Positions 30,093 to 40,182 of a stretch of 64,000 nt of DNA are shown here, in pieces (the first letter of the stretch is position 1; every line of letters begins with the position of its first letter). Location of the stretch: the NCBI GenBank assembly GCA_050115495.1, contig JASFQK010000008.1, forward strand, positions 32,001 to 96,000, in the 5' to 3' direction. This DNA comes from Phycisphaerae bacterium. GTDB lineage: Bacteria > Planctomycetota > Phycisphaerae > UBA1845 > Fen-1342. Made by a program: the position numbers and the translations under genes. The notes under the pieces were generated by a model. The model did not search any database. It worked only from the letters and a program-made list of their open reading frames with translations, and was not told where the DNA came from.

Positions 30093-31247
30093 GTGGAGCG
30101 ACTGCGCCCATTTCCGATCTTCGTGACTGCGCTCGTGACGGCCGGCCTGGCTGTGCTGGCTCCGGCTGACGGGCTGTTCATCGGCATCGGTGATCTGCCC
30201 GGTGGCCAGGAGAACAGCAAAGCCCTGGGCATCTCCGCCGACGGCTCGACCGTGGTCGGCATCTGCAACATGCACATCATCAGCGGCGACGGCAACGCGT
30301 TCCGCTGGCGCCCGTCGGAGGGCATGATCAACCTGGGCAGCCTCGGCGGCGGCTCGTTCCCGCACTCGGCGGCGTACGGCGCCAGCGCCGACGGTTCATG
30401 GGCCGCCGGCTTCTCGCAATCTCCCGAGTCGTTGCCGTACGACGAGGCCTTCCGCTGGTCCGCTGGTGCCGGCATGGTCGGGCTGGGAGACTTCGGGGGC
30501 GGCACCTACGACAGCAGGGCGTACGGGATCTCCGGCGACGGCTCAGTTGTCGTCGGGTCCAGCCAGAGCAGCGCGGGCCGGATGGCCTTTCGCTGGACGG
30601 AGGCCGACGGGTTGCAGCCTGTCCCCGGTCTTCCCAGCGGCGACACCTACCGGGAGGCGCTGGCCATTTCGACGGATGGCACGACGGTGGTCGGCTACAG
30701 CGGGCCGGAGATCTGCCGCGCGTTTCGCAGTCGCAACGGCCTGAACGCGCAGTTCCTCGGCGATCTGCCCGGCGGGTCGACGTACAGCAAGGCGTACGGT
30801 GTCTCCGCCGACGGATCGTGCATCGTGGGGATGAGCTCGTCCGAGAACGGCATGGAGGCGTTTCGCTGGACGCAAAGCACGGGGATGGTCGGGCTCGGTG
30901 ATCTGGAGGGTGACTCGTTCCATAGCTGGGCCAACGGCGTGTCGGCGGATGGCTTGGTCATCGTCGGTTGCGGCGACGGCGAGGACTACTACGGCGAAGC
31001 CATGATCTGGACCGCGGATCTGGGCGCACGGACCTTGAGGTCGTTTCTCGTCGACGAGCACGGGATGGAGCTGAGCACGTGGCAGCTTCGCGAGGCGACG
31101 GCGATCTCGGCGGATGGCACGGCTATCGTGGGCTGGGGCATCAACCCCTCCGGCCGGCACGAAGGATGGGTGGCGTACATCCCGGAGCCGTCGGCGATCA
31201 GCCTGCTACTCGCAGCGCTGGCCGCGGGCGCGCTGCGCCGGCGATAA
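30093..31247 (+). CDS. PEP-CTERM protein with HAF-family repeats
   Basis: GDLPGG...SADGS.VVG...AFRW repeats; IPEP-TM-RRR tail; AGGAGGAG RBS before GTG. Confidence 0.88.
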   Translation: MERLRPFPIFVTALVTAGLAVLAPADGLFIGIGDLPGGQENSKALGISADGSTVVGICNMHIISGDGNAFRWRPSEGMINLGSLGGGSFPHSAAYGASADGSWAAGFSQSPESLPYDEAFRWSAGAGMVGLGDFGGGTYDSRAYGISGDGSVVVGSSQSSAGRMAFRWTEADGLQPVPGLPSGDTYREALAISTDGTTVVGYSGPEICRAFRSRNGLNAQFLGDLPGGSTYSKAYGVSADGSCIVGMSSSENGMEAFRWTQSTGMVGLGDLEGDSFHSWANGVSADGLVIVGCGDGEDYYGEAMIWTADLGARTLRSFLVDEHGMELSTWQLREATAISADGTAIVGWGINPSGRHEGWVAYIPEPSAISLLLAALAAGALRRR

Positions 31248-31277
31248 GACGAACTGCCGGTGTGAAGCGGCTACGGG

Positions 31278-31895
31278 CTACTGGGCGAGCAGGGCCTGCA
31301 ACGCGTGGCGGGACTTGTCCATCACCGCGTCGTGCAGGCTCTGGCCGTGTGAATCCATCGTAACCACGCAGGGGAAGTCCTCGACGCGGATTTGCCAGAA
31401 GGCCTCGGGTACGCCGAAGTCGAGCTTGTGCACGGCGAGGACCTCTTTGCAGCTCTCGGCGATGAGTGTGGCCGCGCCGCCGATGGCGTGCAGGTAGGCG
31501 GCGCCGTACTGCTGGCAGGCGGCGAGCGTGCGGGCGCCCATGCCACCCTTGCCGATAACGGCCCGCAGGCCGAAGTGCTGGATGACGTCGGCCTCGTAGG
31601 GCTCCTCGCGGATGCTGGTCGTGGGGCCGGCGGCGACGAACTCGTACTTGCCGTCGTCGCGCTTACGGACGACGGGGCCGCAGTGATATATGACGCCGCC
31701 GGTCAGCCCGGCGCGCAGTATGTCGTAGAGCGGTCGCTCGGTGGGCGGACACTTGCCGCGTATGAAGCTTTCGACCATGTACTTGTGGGCGGCGTCACGG
31801 CCGGTGAAGACCACGCCGCTCAGCAGGACCTGGTCGCCGATCTTGAGGCTGCGAATCTGCTCTTCGCTAATGGGGACGGTGAATTTAGTCGCCAT
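31278..31895 (-). CDS. Class I fumarate hydratase / tartrate dehydratase beta subunit
   Basis: TGRDAAH, IYHCGPV, AGPTTSIR, IGKGGMG, DSHGQSLH. Confidence 0.9.
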   Translation of the reverse strand: MATKFTVPISEEQIRSLKIGDQVLLSGVVFTGRDAAHKYMVESFIRGKCPPTERPLYDILRAGLTGGVIYHCGPVVRKRDDGKYEFVAAGPTTSIREEPYEADVIQHFGLRAVIGKGGMGARTLAACQQYGAAYLHAIGGAATLIAESCKEVLAVHKLDFGVPEAFWQIRVEDFPCVVTMDSHGQSLHDAVMDKSRHALQALLAQ

Positions 31896-31961
31896 GCGTT
31901 CCACTCCGTGACCCGGCTTGCCCGAGGCATCGCGCGGGTTGCTTCTGTCCGGCGCCCGCGC

Positions 31962-32843
31962 CTACGGCGCGGTGATCTCGACCTGGCCGTCGTTGATCGT
32001 CATGATCTTTCGGCGATCGGCCCAGCACATGTAAGCGATCGAGACGAAGAATGATGCTGGCAGGCGGTGCAGCTCGGCCACCTTGACGCTGAGGACCGTC
32101 GTGCGGCCGCCGAAGCCCATGGGGCCGATGCCAAGCGCGTTGATTTCGCGGTGAAGCTGCTTCTCGAGCTCGTCCAGTTGGAGGTCGGCGTTGTGGTCGC
32201 CGAGGGGACGGAAGAGTTGCTCCTTGGCCTTGACCATACTGGTGCCGCGATCGCCGCCGATGCCGACGCCGAGAATGCCCGGGGCACAACCGAAGCCCTG
32301 GGCCTGGAAGGCGGCGTCGAGGATGGCCTGGCGGACCCCCTTGAGGTCGCGACTGGCAGCGAACTGGGGCGAGGGAATGCTGTACTGGGCCCCGCAGTTC
32401 TCCGAACCGCCACCCTTGAGCATCAGGCCGATGCGCAGCCAGGCGTGCTCGTGTTCGTGGAAGTGGATGGTGGGGAAGTCGATGCCCGTGTTGTCGCCGG
32501 AGTTCTTGCCCGACAGGGCGGCGACAGCGTTGGGCCGCAGGTAGGCGGCTTTGGTCGCGATGCGCAGGGCGTCCTGGATCTGGACGGCCATTTGTCGTTG
32601 GGAAAACCCCTCCGGGTGCCAGATGTGAAAGTTGGGCGTGCCGGTGTCCTGGCAGATGGGCCGGCCGGTCTCCCGCGACAGGCGCACGTTTTCCAGGATG
32701 GTTTCGAGGGCGCCGCGGGCCGCCGAGTCGGGCGCTTCAGCAGCACAGGCGTCGCGAAGGGCCTGCTCGACGTCGGGCGATAGATCGGTGGAGGTGGATT
32801 TGATGAGCTCCACCAGATGGTCCGTGATGTTGTCCATGGTCAC
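31962..32843 (-). CDS. Class I fumarate hydratase / tartrate dehydratase alpha subunit (Fe-S)
   Basis: PICQDTG, LKGGGSEN, GCAPG, GIGPMGFGG, CWADR. Confidence 0.9.
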   Translation of the reverse strand: MTMDNITDHLVELIKSTSTDLSPDVEQALRDACAAEAPDSAARGALETILENVRLSRETGRPICQDTGTPNFHIWHPEGFSQRQMAVQIQDALRIATKAAYLRPNAVAALSGKNSGDNTGIDFPTIHFHEHEHAWLRIGLMLKGGGSENCGAQYSIPSPQFAASRDLKGVRQAILDAAFQAQGFGCAPGILGVGIGGDRGTSMVKAKEQLFRPLGDHNADLQLDELEKQLHREINALGIGPMGFGGRTTVLSVKVAELHRLPASFFVSIAYMCWADRRKIMTINDGQVEITAP

Positions 32844-32907
32844 CTCTTACCAGAATGACCCCGGCACCTCCCCACGGACCGTCATTATGGGGCCATCCGT
32901 CGTCGGG

Positions 32908-33624
32908 TCAACCGCGGTATTCGCCACGGACGGGGCGGTCGGTGATGCCGAGATACTGCTCGATGCGTTGTTCGAGGAAGAGGGCGTGTTCAGGGTCATC
33001 GAGCATGCCGAGTAGCTTGATTCGCCCGCCGCCGACGGTGGCGGCATGCAGTTCGTACTGCACGCTGGTTCTGCCGCGGTTGCTGTGCCGCAGGCGCTCA
33101 CGGCAATAGAGCTGTTCGAGATCGCCGGTGGGCACGACGCGGTTGCCCGGCCAGGGTAACGGACCGTGGCGGATGGCCAGTTGCCCGGCGTCGACCGTGA
33201 TGACCGTGCGGTTCACAAAGCCGCAGAGGGTGAAGTAGGTCAGCCCAATGCCGACCGCGACGTGCAAGATGGGGAAGACGGCCATGATCCAGGGGGCGTC
33301 TCCGCCGAAGGCTATCGAGTACCAGAACACGAGAAACTCGTCCCAGAAGGCGCAGAAGAAAACGAGGAAGATGAAGGCTGGCGAGAACCAACGGCGAGTG
33401 ATGCGGAGGTTGCCGTCCCAGTCTTCGACGTGCAGGCCGCGGGGTTGGGGGACGGGCACCTCGTCAGACGCCGCTGACCGGGTCACCGGGCCGCCGCGCT
33501 CCCGGTCCAGGGCGTCGGCGAAGCTGAAGACGGCGTTGCAGGTGCGGCAGCGGGCGATGGCCGAGTCGACGTTCAGGTCGTCCGCCGGAATCTGCGCGCC
33601 GCAGTGTGGGCAGTGTACGTGCAT
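32908..33624 (-). CDS. Hypothetical membrane protein with N-terminal zinc ribbon
   Basis: CPHCG...CRTC; two TM helices. Confidence 0.7.
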   Translation of the reverse strand: MHVHCPHCGAQIPADDLNVDSAIARCRTCNAVFSFADALDRERGGPVTRSAASDEVPVPQPRGLHVEDWDGNLRITRRWFSPAFIFLVFFCAFWDEFLVFWYSIAFGGDAPWIMAVFPILHVAVGIGLTYFTLCGFVNRTVITVDAGQLAIRHGPLPWPGNRVVPTGDLEQLYCRERLRHSNRGRTSVQYELHAATVGGGRIKLLGMLDDPEHALFLEQRIEQYLGITDRPVRGEYRG

Positions 33625-33666
33625 GGCCAACCTCCGGAGGCGCCGGCCGCCCGGCGCCGCGGGCGG

Positions 33667-34482
33667 CTACGGCGACGGTGTATCTTCCGGCGAAAGGAGC
33701 AGGGGGGCCAGGATGTGCTCGACGAACGCCGCCGAGGTGCCGTCCGTGTGCATGCCGTCGTAGCCGTAATCCCGGTAGTGCTTGCGATAGGGCATGTTGC
33801 GCAGGCGCGGGCCGTACACTTCGGCGACCGGCGTGTCTTCGCCGGTGGGCGCGGCGAAGCCGAAGAGGCCGGCGACGTTGATGCCGCGCGTCCGCCGATC
33901 GACCGAGCCGGTGATCGGCACGGCGTGAAGGAGGACGGGGTCATCGGGAGAATAGAAGTTGTATAGGCGGCCGCGCACGTGCCGCAGGGCCGGTCGCAGG
34001 TCGTAGTCGCGGGACATGCTGCTGCCGAGGAAGACGACGTTGTTCACCTGGAGTTCGTCGGGCAGATTTTCGAGGGCCCAGGTCGTGATTCCTGTTCCCG
34101 CGGACAGGGCGATGATGTTCACCGGGCACGCCGGATGATGGCGCAGATAGGCTTCGACGCGTTGGGCCAGCCGGTGCGCCTGCTCCTCGTTGCGCGAACG
34201 GTCAATCTGGTCGCGCAGGTGGCTGGGGATGAGACCCTGCCAGCCGAAGACTTCGAGCGAGCCCTCGTAGCCGGCTTGGCGCAGGCCGTGCGGCACGTCG
34301 ATCGTGCCGATGTGGCCGAAGGGCCCGGCGCCGCCGACGTAGTAGGTGCGGCCGTGCTCGCTGCCCGTGGCGTCGGTGCCGAGATAGGTGATCCAGGTGC
34401 AGCCGGTCAGGCAGCAGAGACCGGCGCAAAGCAGGAGGGTGAACCACCCCGCCAGCCTGTGGCGAACGCACCTCAACAACAC
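33667..34482 (-). CDS. Alpha/beta hydrolase-fold lipoprotein
   Basis: Lipobox LTGC; nucleophile-elbow-like ALSAG; D and H downstream. Confidence 0.65.
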   Translation of the reverse strand: MLLRCVRHRLAGWFTLLLCAGLCCLTGCTWITYLGTDATGSEHGRTYYVGGAGPFGHIGTIDVPHGLRQAGYEGSLEVFGWQGLIPSHLRDQIDRSRNEEQAHRLAQRVEAYLRHHPACPVNIIALSAGTGITTWALENLPDELQVNNVVFLGSSMSRDYDLRPALRHVRGRLYNFYSPDDPVLLHAVPITGSVDRRTRGINVAGLFGFAAPTGEDTPVAEVYGPRLRNMPYRKHYRDYGYDGMHTDGTSAAFVEHILAPLLLSPEDTPSP

Positions 34483-34546
34483 AGAGTGAAACCTCCCGTG
34501 GACGGTTCCGGTCAGCGATCCGGGGACCGTCGGCCGAGTCGGTGGA

Positions 34547-34942
34547 TCAGGGTCCGGCGGCGTCCAGCACCTCGTCTTCGACGTAGATGGGCACGTCGCT
34601 GGCCACCCCGAGGGCGATGGCGTCGGACGGGCGACTGTCGACGTCCACGAGCTCGCCGTGACTGCGGAGGATCAGTTGGGCGTAGAAGGTGCCTTCGTGC
34701 AGGTCGTTGACGACGATCTTCTCCAGTTCGGCGGAGAGGGTGTCAATGACGTTGGCCAGGAGGTCGTGCGTCATGGGCCGCTGCGTGCGCAGGCCCTTGA
34801 GACGCCGGTCGATGGCGAGGGCTTCGGTCAGGCCGATGACGATGTGTAGTGTCCGGGAGCCGTTGCGTTCGCGCAGGACGATTAGCTGACGCTCGCGCGT
34901 CTCGCAGATCACGATCCTGGCCAGGTCCATCCGGACTTCCAT
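34547..34942 (-). CDS. Bifunctional nuclease family protein (DUF151)
   Basis: IVIGLTEA, RPMTHDL, DSRPSDAIAL. Confidence 0.9.
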   Translation of the reverse strand: MEVRMDLARIVICETRERQLIVLRERNGSRTLHIVIGLTEALAIDRRLKGLRTQRPMTHDLLANVIDTLSAELEKIVVNDLHEGTFYAQLILRSHGELVDVDSRPSDAIALGVASDVPIYVEDEVLDAAGP

Positions 34943-35105
34943 ACGCCGCCTCACCTTGGGCCGAACCGCAAGCTATCCCTGCCGCCGGGGGCTGTCAAGG
35001 AAAGCTGTGGTGGCGTGGCGGCGTGCGATTGACCGCGCTCCGCCGGGCTTCCTATGCTGGGCGCCGGTTGTTGCCGATAACCTGCATTCTGCGAGGCCGA
35101 TCGCC

Positions 35106-36824
35106 GTGCTGCGTCTGCTGGCTATCCTGGTTCTTGTGCCGATGGCGGCACTACTCGTCTGGCTGGGGCTTGGCCCGGCTCCCGAGCGTGCCGACTTCGT
35201 GCTCACGTCCGACGAGCCGCGCACGCTGGACCCGCATGGCGTGAGCTGGATTCCCGAAATCCAGATCGCCAACGCCCTGTTCGAGGGGCTGACGCGGGCG
35301 GGGGCGGAGACGTTCCTGCCGGAGCCGGCGGTCGCCGAGTCGTGGGAGGTCAGCCCGGACCAAACCGAGTGGACGTTTCACCTGCGGCCGGAGGCCCGCT
35401 GGTCGAACGGCGATCCGGTGACGGCGGAGGACTTCCGGTTCGCCTGGCTGCGCGTGCTCGACCCGCACGTGGCTGCGCAGTACGCGAGCCTGCTGTTCGT
35501 CGTGCGCGGTGCCGAGGCATACTACCGCTCGCGGGCGGATGATGATCCGGGCAACGATGTGCCTGCGGGCGAGGTGGGCGTGAGCGTCGACGACGCGCAG
35601 ACGTTGCGCGTGACGCTGGCGGCGCCGTGTTCGTACTTCCTGGACCTGACGTCGTTTCCGACGTTGGCTCCGGTGCATCGGCCGACGATCGAGCGCTGGG
35701 CGTACCGCGACGGGCGCGTGCTGACGGTAACGCAACATCTCTGGACGCGGCCGGAGAATATGGTCTGTAACGGGGCGTTCGTGCTGGCCCGCTGGACGTT
35801 CAAGAAGCGGATACTGCTGGAACGCAATCCGTTCTACTGGGACCCGGCGGGCACCAACGTCAACACGATCGAGGTGTACATCTCGAACGATCCGAATGCG
35901 GCGCTGATGGCGTACGAGGCGGGGCGGGTGGATTTGATCCGCGGCATGGAAACGCCGGTGGCGCGGGCTCTGCTGGCGGCACAGCAGGCGGGGCAGCGGA
36001 ACGACTTTCACATCGGCGATCGGTTCGCGACGTTTTTCTATCGCGTGAATTGTCGCCGGCCGCCGCTGGATGATGCGGATTTGCGGCGGGCGTTGTCGCT
36101 GGCAATCGACCGGGAGGCGATTTGTGCGCATGTGATGGGGTTGGGGGAGGCGCCGGCGCGGACGTACGTGCCGCCGGGAGCGGTGCCGCTCATGCCGCGG
36201 CAGACGCCGGACGGGAGGACGGTTTACTACGCGCCGCCGGCGGGGCTGGGTGAGGGGTTGAGTCAGGCGCAGCGTGAGGTGCTGGCGCGCGAGTACCTGG
36301 AGCGGCACCTGCGGCGGGCGGGGCTGGACGGGCCGGGGGCGCTGCGGCCGTTGGAGCTGGCCTTCGGAGCGGACCCGGAGCAACGCCGCGTCGCCGAGGC
36401 TGTGCAGCAGATGTGGGTGAGCGCGCTCGGTATTCGCGTGGATCTGCGGGCGATCGAGGGCAAGGTGCTGAGCACGCGCATTCGCGAGTTGGATTATGAC
36501 CTGGCTCGCAGCAACTGGTACGGCGACTACCTCGACCCGAGCACGTTCCTGAACATGTTCGCTACCGGCGACGGGCAGAATCGTACGGGGTGGTCGGACT
36601 TGCGCTACGACGAGCTGATCGCCGCCGCGGCGCGGGAGCCGGACAACGAACGCCGTTACGAGCAACTGGCCGAGGCGGAACGCATCCTCTGCACCGAGGG
36701 CGTACCGATCATTACGGTCTTTCATCGGCGGGGGAACTTCCTGCTACGGCCGGGCTTCGCCGGTCTGAACGATCACGTGCGCGATCTGCTGCCGATCCAC
36801 CGGGTTCGGCGGGTTGCGGAGTGA
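35106..36824 (+). CDS. Oligopeptide ABC transporter substrate-binding protein (OppA family)
   Basis: EPRTLDP, LFEGL, AESWEVS...WTFHLR.EARWSNGDPVTAEDF, WYGDYLDP. Confidence 0.88.
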   Translation: MLRLLAILVLVPMAALLVWLGLGPAPERADFVLTSDEPRTLDPHGVSWIPEIQIANALFEGLTRAGAETFLPEPAVAESWEVSPDQTEWTFHLRPEARWSNGDPVTAEDFRFAWLRVLDPHVAAQYASLLFVVRGAEAYYRSRADDDPGNDVPAGEVGVSVDDAQTLRVTLAAPCSYFLDLTSFPTLAPVHRPTIERWAYRDGRVLTVTQHLWTRPENMVCNGAFVLARWTFKKRILLERNPFYWDPAGTNVNTIEVYISNDPNAALMAYEAGRVDLIRGMETPVARALLAAQQAGQRNDFHIGDRFATFFYRVNCRRPPLDDADLRRALSLAIDREAICAHVMGLGEAPARTYVPPGAVPLMPRQTPDGRTVYYAPPAGLGEGLSQAQREVLAREYLERHLRRAGLDGPGALRPLELAFGADPEQRRVAEAVQQMWVSALGIRVDLRAIEGKVLSTRIRELDYDLARSNWYGDYLDPSTFLNMFATGDGQNRTGWSDLRYDELIAAAAREPDNERRYEQLAEAERILCTEGVPIITVFHRRGNFLLRPGFAGLNDHVRDLLPIHRVRRVAE

Positions 36825-36854
36825 GAGGGGCGGCCGTCACGGTGGGTGGGCGGA

Positions 36855-37121
36855 TCAGGCCGGCCGGCGGAAGTGGTCGGCGTTGATTTCCATGAAACGC
36901 CGCCATTTCTCGGGCAGCTCGTCCTCGGCGAAGATGGCCTTCACGGGGCACTCGTCGACGCAGAGGCCGCAGTCGATGCAGATGTCGGGGTTGATGAAGA
37001 GCTGCTCGGCGGCGTCGAAGTCGGGCTCGTCGGGTCGCGGGTGGATGCAGTCGACCGGACAGACCTCGACGCACGAGGCGTCCTTCACACCACGGCACGG
37101 CTCGGCGATGTAATGCGACAT
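36855..37121 (-). CDS. Ferredoxin (FdxA-type, 7Fe/8Fe)
   Basis: CVEVCPVDCI and CIDCGLCVDECP. Confidence 0.92.
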   Translation of the reverse strand: MSHYIAEPCRGVKDASCVEVCPVDCIHPRPDEPDFDAAEQLFINPDICIDCGLCVDECPVKAIFAEDELPEKWRRFMEINADHFRRPA

Positions 37122-37405
37122 GCAGGTTGCTCCGTGATAGTGGTACCGCCGGCGGCGGCACCACGCGGCCCGGCTCAGTTGCGGTGATTATAGCAGGGGG
37201 CGGGCGGGGAGGCAGAGGGGGCCGCGCGTCGGACGCCGCTCGTGGCAGATGTGCTACTGCGGCCTCGTTGCGTGGCGGTACTTGATGGGTGCTCGGCATC
37301 CGGGCGTTGATTCGAGCTGTATATTCTGGGTACGATCACGGGTGGTTAGTCGAGAAGGCGCGGTCGCCGGCGAGGTCGCCGGGTGACGGCGGAGGGTGGT
37401 GACGC

Positions 37406-38614
37406 GTGATGGCTCTTGGTTCGCGTATCGTGGGGAGTTGGCCGCGGCTGTGGCTCGGCGTGGCCAGTCTCGTCGTGGCGGCGGTGATCTGGCTGCCGCT
37501 GGTGCACTACCTCTTCCGGTGCGATCCCGCGGAGTACCGGTCGGTCGCCGATGTCCCGCCTCGGGCCGTCAAGCTGGCGGCGCGGCACGTGCGCCTGTGG
37601 GATGATCCCGCACAGCGCCGGCGTGCTACGGACGTGCTGCGGGCGTGCAATCCTGAATGGGACCTCATGTCGCGCGGCTACCTCGTGCTGTCGCTGGCCA
37701 ACATGTCGCTGCGTGAGCCGGCCAGGCAGGAGGCGGATCTGGCCACCATCGATCAGATCATCGACGACACGCTCGCCGCCGAGCGGGAACACGGCCACGG
37801 TCATTTCCTGCTGCCTTATGCGCACGCGCGGCCGTTCGTGCTCCGGCCGGCCCGCAGTCAGCATGTGGACAGCCAGATTGGGCTGATGCTGGCGGCGCGC
37901 TGCGTGCTGAAACGTAGCGAGAGTTATGGTGAACTCCTGCGCGAGCGGGTCGAGATCATGCAGCAACGCATGGAAGCCAGTCCGGTGCTGGCCGCGGAGA
38001 GCTACCCCGACGAGTGCTGGATGTACGACAACGTCAACGCTCTGGCGGTGATGCGGCTGTCCGATGTGCTGTTCGGGACTGACCACGCGGACTTCCTGAA
38101 GCGGTGGCGCGAGGTGGCGCCGCCGCGGCTGAGCGATCCGGGCTCGAAGCTGCTCATCTCGAGCTTCACGTGTTCGGGGACGGCGTTGGACGGGCCGGAG
38201 GGATCGACGATCTGGATGGTCGCGCATGCGCTTCAGCTTGTGGATGCGGATCTGGCTCGCGAGCAGTACCGGCTGGCCCGACGGGAACTGTCGCGGACGC
38301 TGCTCGGCTTCGGCTATGCGCGGGAGTGGCCGGACTCGTGGGTCGGGCCGGCGGATGTGGACAGCGGACCGCCGATTCCGGGGCTCGGCGTCAGTGCGGG
38401 GTCCAGCGGAACCGCCCTGATCGCGGCGAGCGCGTTCGACGATACGGTGTACCTGGCGGAGCTGTTCACGACGCTGGATTTCGCCGGCTTCCCCCAGGAG
38501 GACGAGCGTACGCTGCGCTACTGTGCGAGTAACGAGTTGGGCGACGCGGTCACGCTCTATGCGACGGTGCTGGGGCCGCTGTGGGATTGGGCCCTGTCGG
38601 AGGGGCGGCCATGA
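37406..38614 (+). CDS. Exported alpha-helical barrel protein, possibly linalool dehydratase/isomerase-like
   Basis: N-terminal TM; ESYPDECWMYDN, AREWP and DVDSGP motifs; family call from memory. Confidence 0.5.
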   Translation: MMALGSRIVGSWPRLWLGVASLVVAAVIWLPLVHYLFRCDPAEYRSVADVPPRAVKLAARHVRLWDDPAQRRRATDVLRACNPEWDLMSRGYLVLSLANMSLREPARQEADLATIDQIIDDTLAAEREHGHGHFLLPYAHARPFVLRPARSQHVDSQIGLMLAARCVLKRSESYGELLRERVEIMQQRMEASPVLAAESYPDECWMYDNVNALAVMRLSDVLFGTDHADFLKRWREVAPPRLSDPGSKLLISSFTCSGTALDGPEGSTIWMVAHALQLVDADLAREQYRLARRELSRTLLGFGYAREWPDSWVGPADVDSGPPIPGLGVSAGSSGTALIAASAFDDTVYLAELFTTLDFAGFPQEDERTLRYCASNELGDAVTLYATVLGPLWDWALSEGRP

Positions 38615-38952
38615 AGAAGCTGTCACTGGCGGGGTTGCTGTCGCCGGTCAGCCTGCTCATGGTGGCGGCGCTGCTGATGGCGGCCTATGCGGTCTGTCAC
38701 GCCGCCGGCTGGCGGGAGTATGTGGGCGTCATCTCGGGGACGTACTCGACGACGGCGGGTTCGGTCGACACGCAGATCGTGAAGGCTGGTGTGTACGCGG
38801 GTCTGTACTTCGCCGTTGTGCTGCTGGTTCCCGTGCTGGTATTGGCGGCGTTGCTGCAAGTGCTGGTGCTGCGGGTGTTTCGCCGTCGGCATCTGCGGGC
38901 GTCGGGACAGCTCGGCGAGGTTTCGGGCGACGGTGCCGATGGGGCGGAATAG
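38611..38952 (+). CDS. Small membrane protein, translationally coupled to the upstream gene
   Basis: ATGA overlap; two hydrophobic helices. Confidence 0.65.
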   Translation: MKKLSLAGLLSPVSLLMVAALLMAAYAVCHAAGWREYVGVISGTYSTTAGSVDTQIVKAGVYAGLYFAVVLLVPVLVLAALLQVLVLRVFRRRHLRASGQLGEVSGDGADGAE

Positions 38953-39150
38953 CCGGCAGTGACGGGGTCGCGGCGCCGTCCGGACGCCACTGCGGATTCG
39001 TCTGCCCGGGCAGAAAAACGGCTGTACAACGCGGGGGCGGCAGGGCATATTACTAGTGAAGACCTATCTGAGGGGTTCCACGGCGTGGGTTCCGTGGACA
39101 CGATCGGCACAGGAGGGCCTTCGGCTCAGGCCGAGAAACAGGAGATCGAC

Positions 39151-40182
39151 ATGTTGAAGGGGACTTTCAGCCTATTGGCCGTGGTGGCGGTTTGCGCCTG
39201 CGCCGTTGTGGTGCAGGCGGCCGTGGTGATCGAAACCGTACCCGTCGGCAACCCGCGCAACGCTGGCGAGCTCTCCGGCGGCGGCTCGGGCGGAGTTGGC
39301 CCGAGTCGAACCTGCGGCTCGGTGTATTACACGTACAACATGGGTAAGTACGAGGTGACGGCAGCGCAGTACACCGAGTTCCTCAACGCCGTGGCTGCGA
39401 CCGACACGTACGGCTTGTACAACACGAACATGTGGTCGAACGGTAGCGGCTGCAAGATCGAGCGCTACGCCGGCAGCGGCACTCCCGGCGACCCGTACCA
39501 GTATCGCGTGGCGGACGACTGGGCGAACCGCCCGGTGAATTACGTGAGCTACTGGGATGCCTGCCGGTTTGCGAACTGGCTGCACAACGGGCAGCCGACG
39601 GGGGCGCAGGGCGATGGCACGACGGAGACGGGGGCCTACACACTCGACGGCTACAACGGCATAGACGGGCGGGAGATCCACCGCAACGGCGAGGCCACCT
39701 GGGCGGTGCCGAGCGAGGACGAGTGGTACAAGGCGGCGTATCACAAGAACGACGGGGTGACGGGCAACTTCTACAAATTCCCAACGCGCCGCAATGCTCC
39801 TCCGTGCAACGACCTGGTCGACCCTGATCCCGGCCACAACGCGACGTACTACGACGATGGCCAGACGATCGGCAGTCCCTACTACCGCACGGAAGTGGGG
39901 GCCCACGAGAACTCCGGCAGCATGTACGGCACCTTCGACCAGGGCGGGAACGTCATGGAGTGGAACGAGGCGATCATAGTCACGGCATTCGACTATACAC
40001 GGCGCGGCGTGCGGGGTGGGTGCTACTTCAACGAGGACCGCTACCTATCCGCGCGGCGCCGCGACCTGCAGATCCCGGCGGACGAGTCCTCCGCCTGCGG
40101 GTTCCGTGTCGCCGAGGTTCCTGAGCCCGCGTCGATAGTGATGCTGGCCCTGGCGGGCATGGGGCTCATGCGGAGGAGATAG
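39151..40182 (+). CDS. FGE-sulfatase domain PEP-CTERM protein
   Basis: PSEDEWYKAA, GTFDQGGNVMEW, GFRVA then VPEP-TM-RRR; AGGAG RBS. Confidence 0.85.
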   Translation: MLKGTFSLLAVVAVCACAVVVQAAVVIETVPVGNPRNAGELSGGGSGGVGPSRTCGSVYYTYNMGKYEVTAAQYTEFLNAVAATDTYGLYNTNMWSNGSGCKIERYAGSGTPGDPYQYRVADDWANRPVNYVSYWDACRFANWLHNGQPTGAQGDGTTETGAYTLDGYNGIDGREIHRNGEATWAVPSEDEWYKAAYHKNDGVTGNFYKFPTRRNAPPCNDLVDPDPGHNATYYDDGQTIGSPYYRTEVGAHENSGSMYGTFDQGGNVMEWNEAIIVTAFDYTRRGVRGGCYFNEDRYLSARRRDLQIPADESSACGFRVAEVPEPASIVMLALAGMGLMRRR

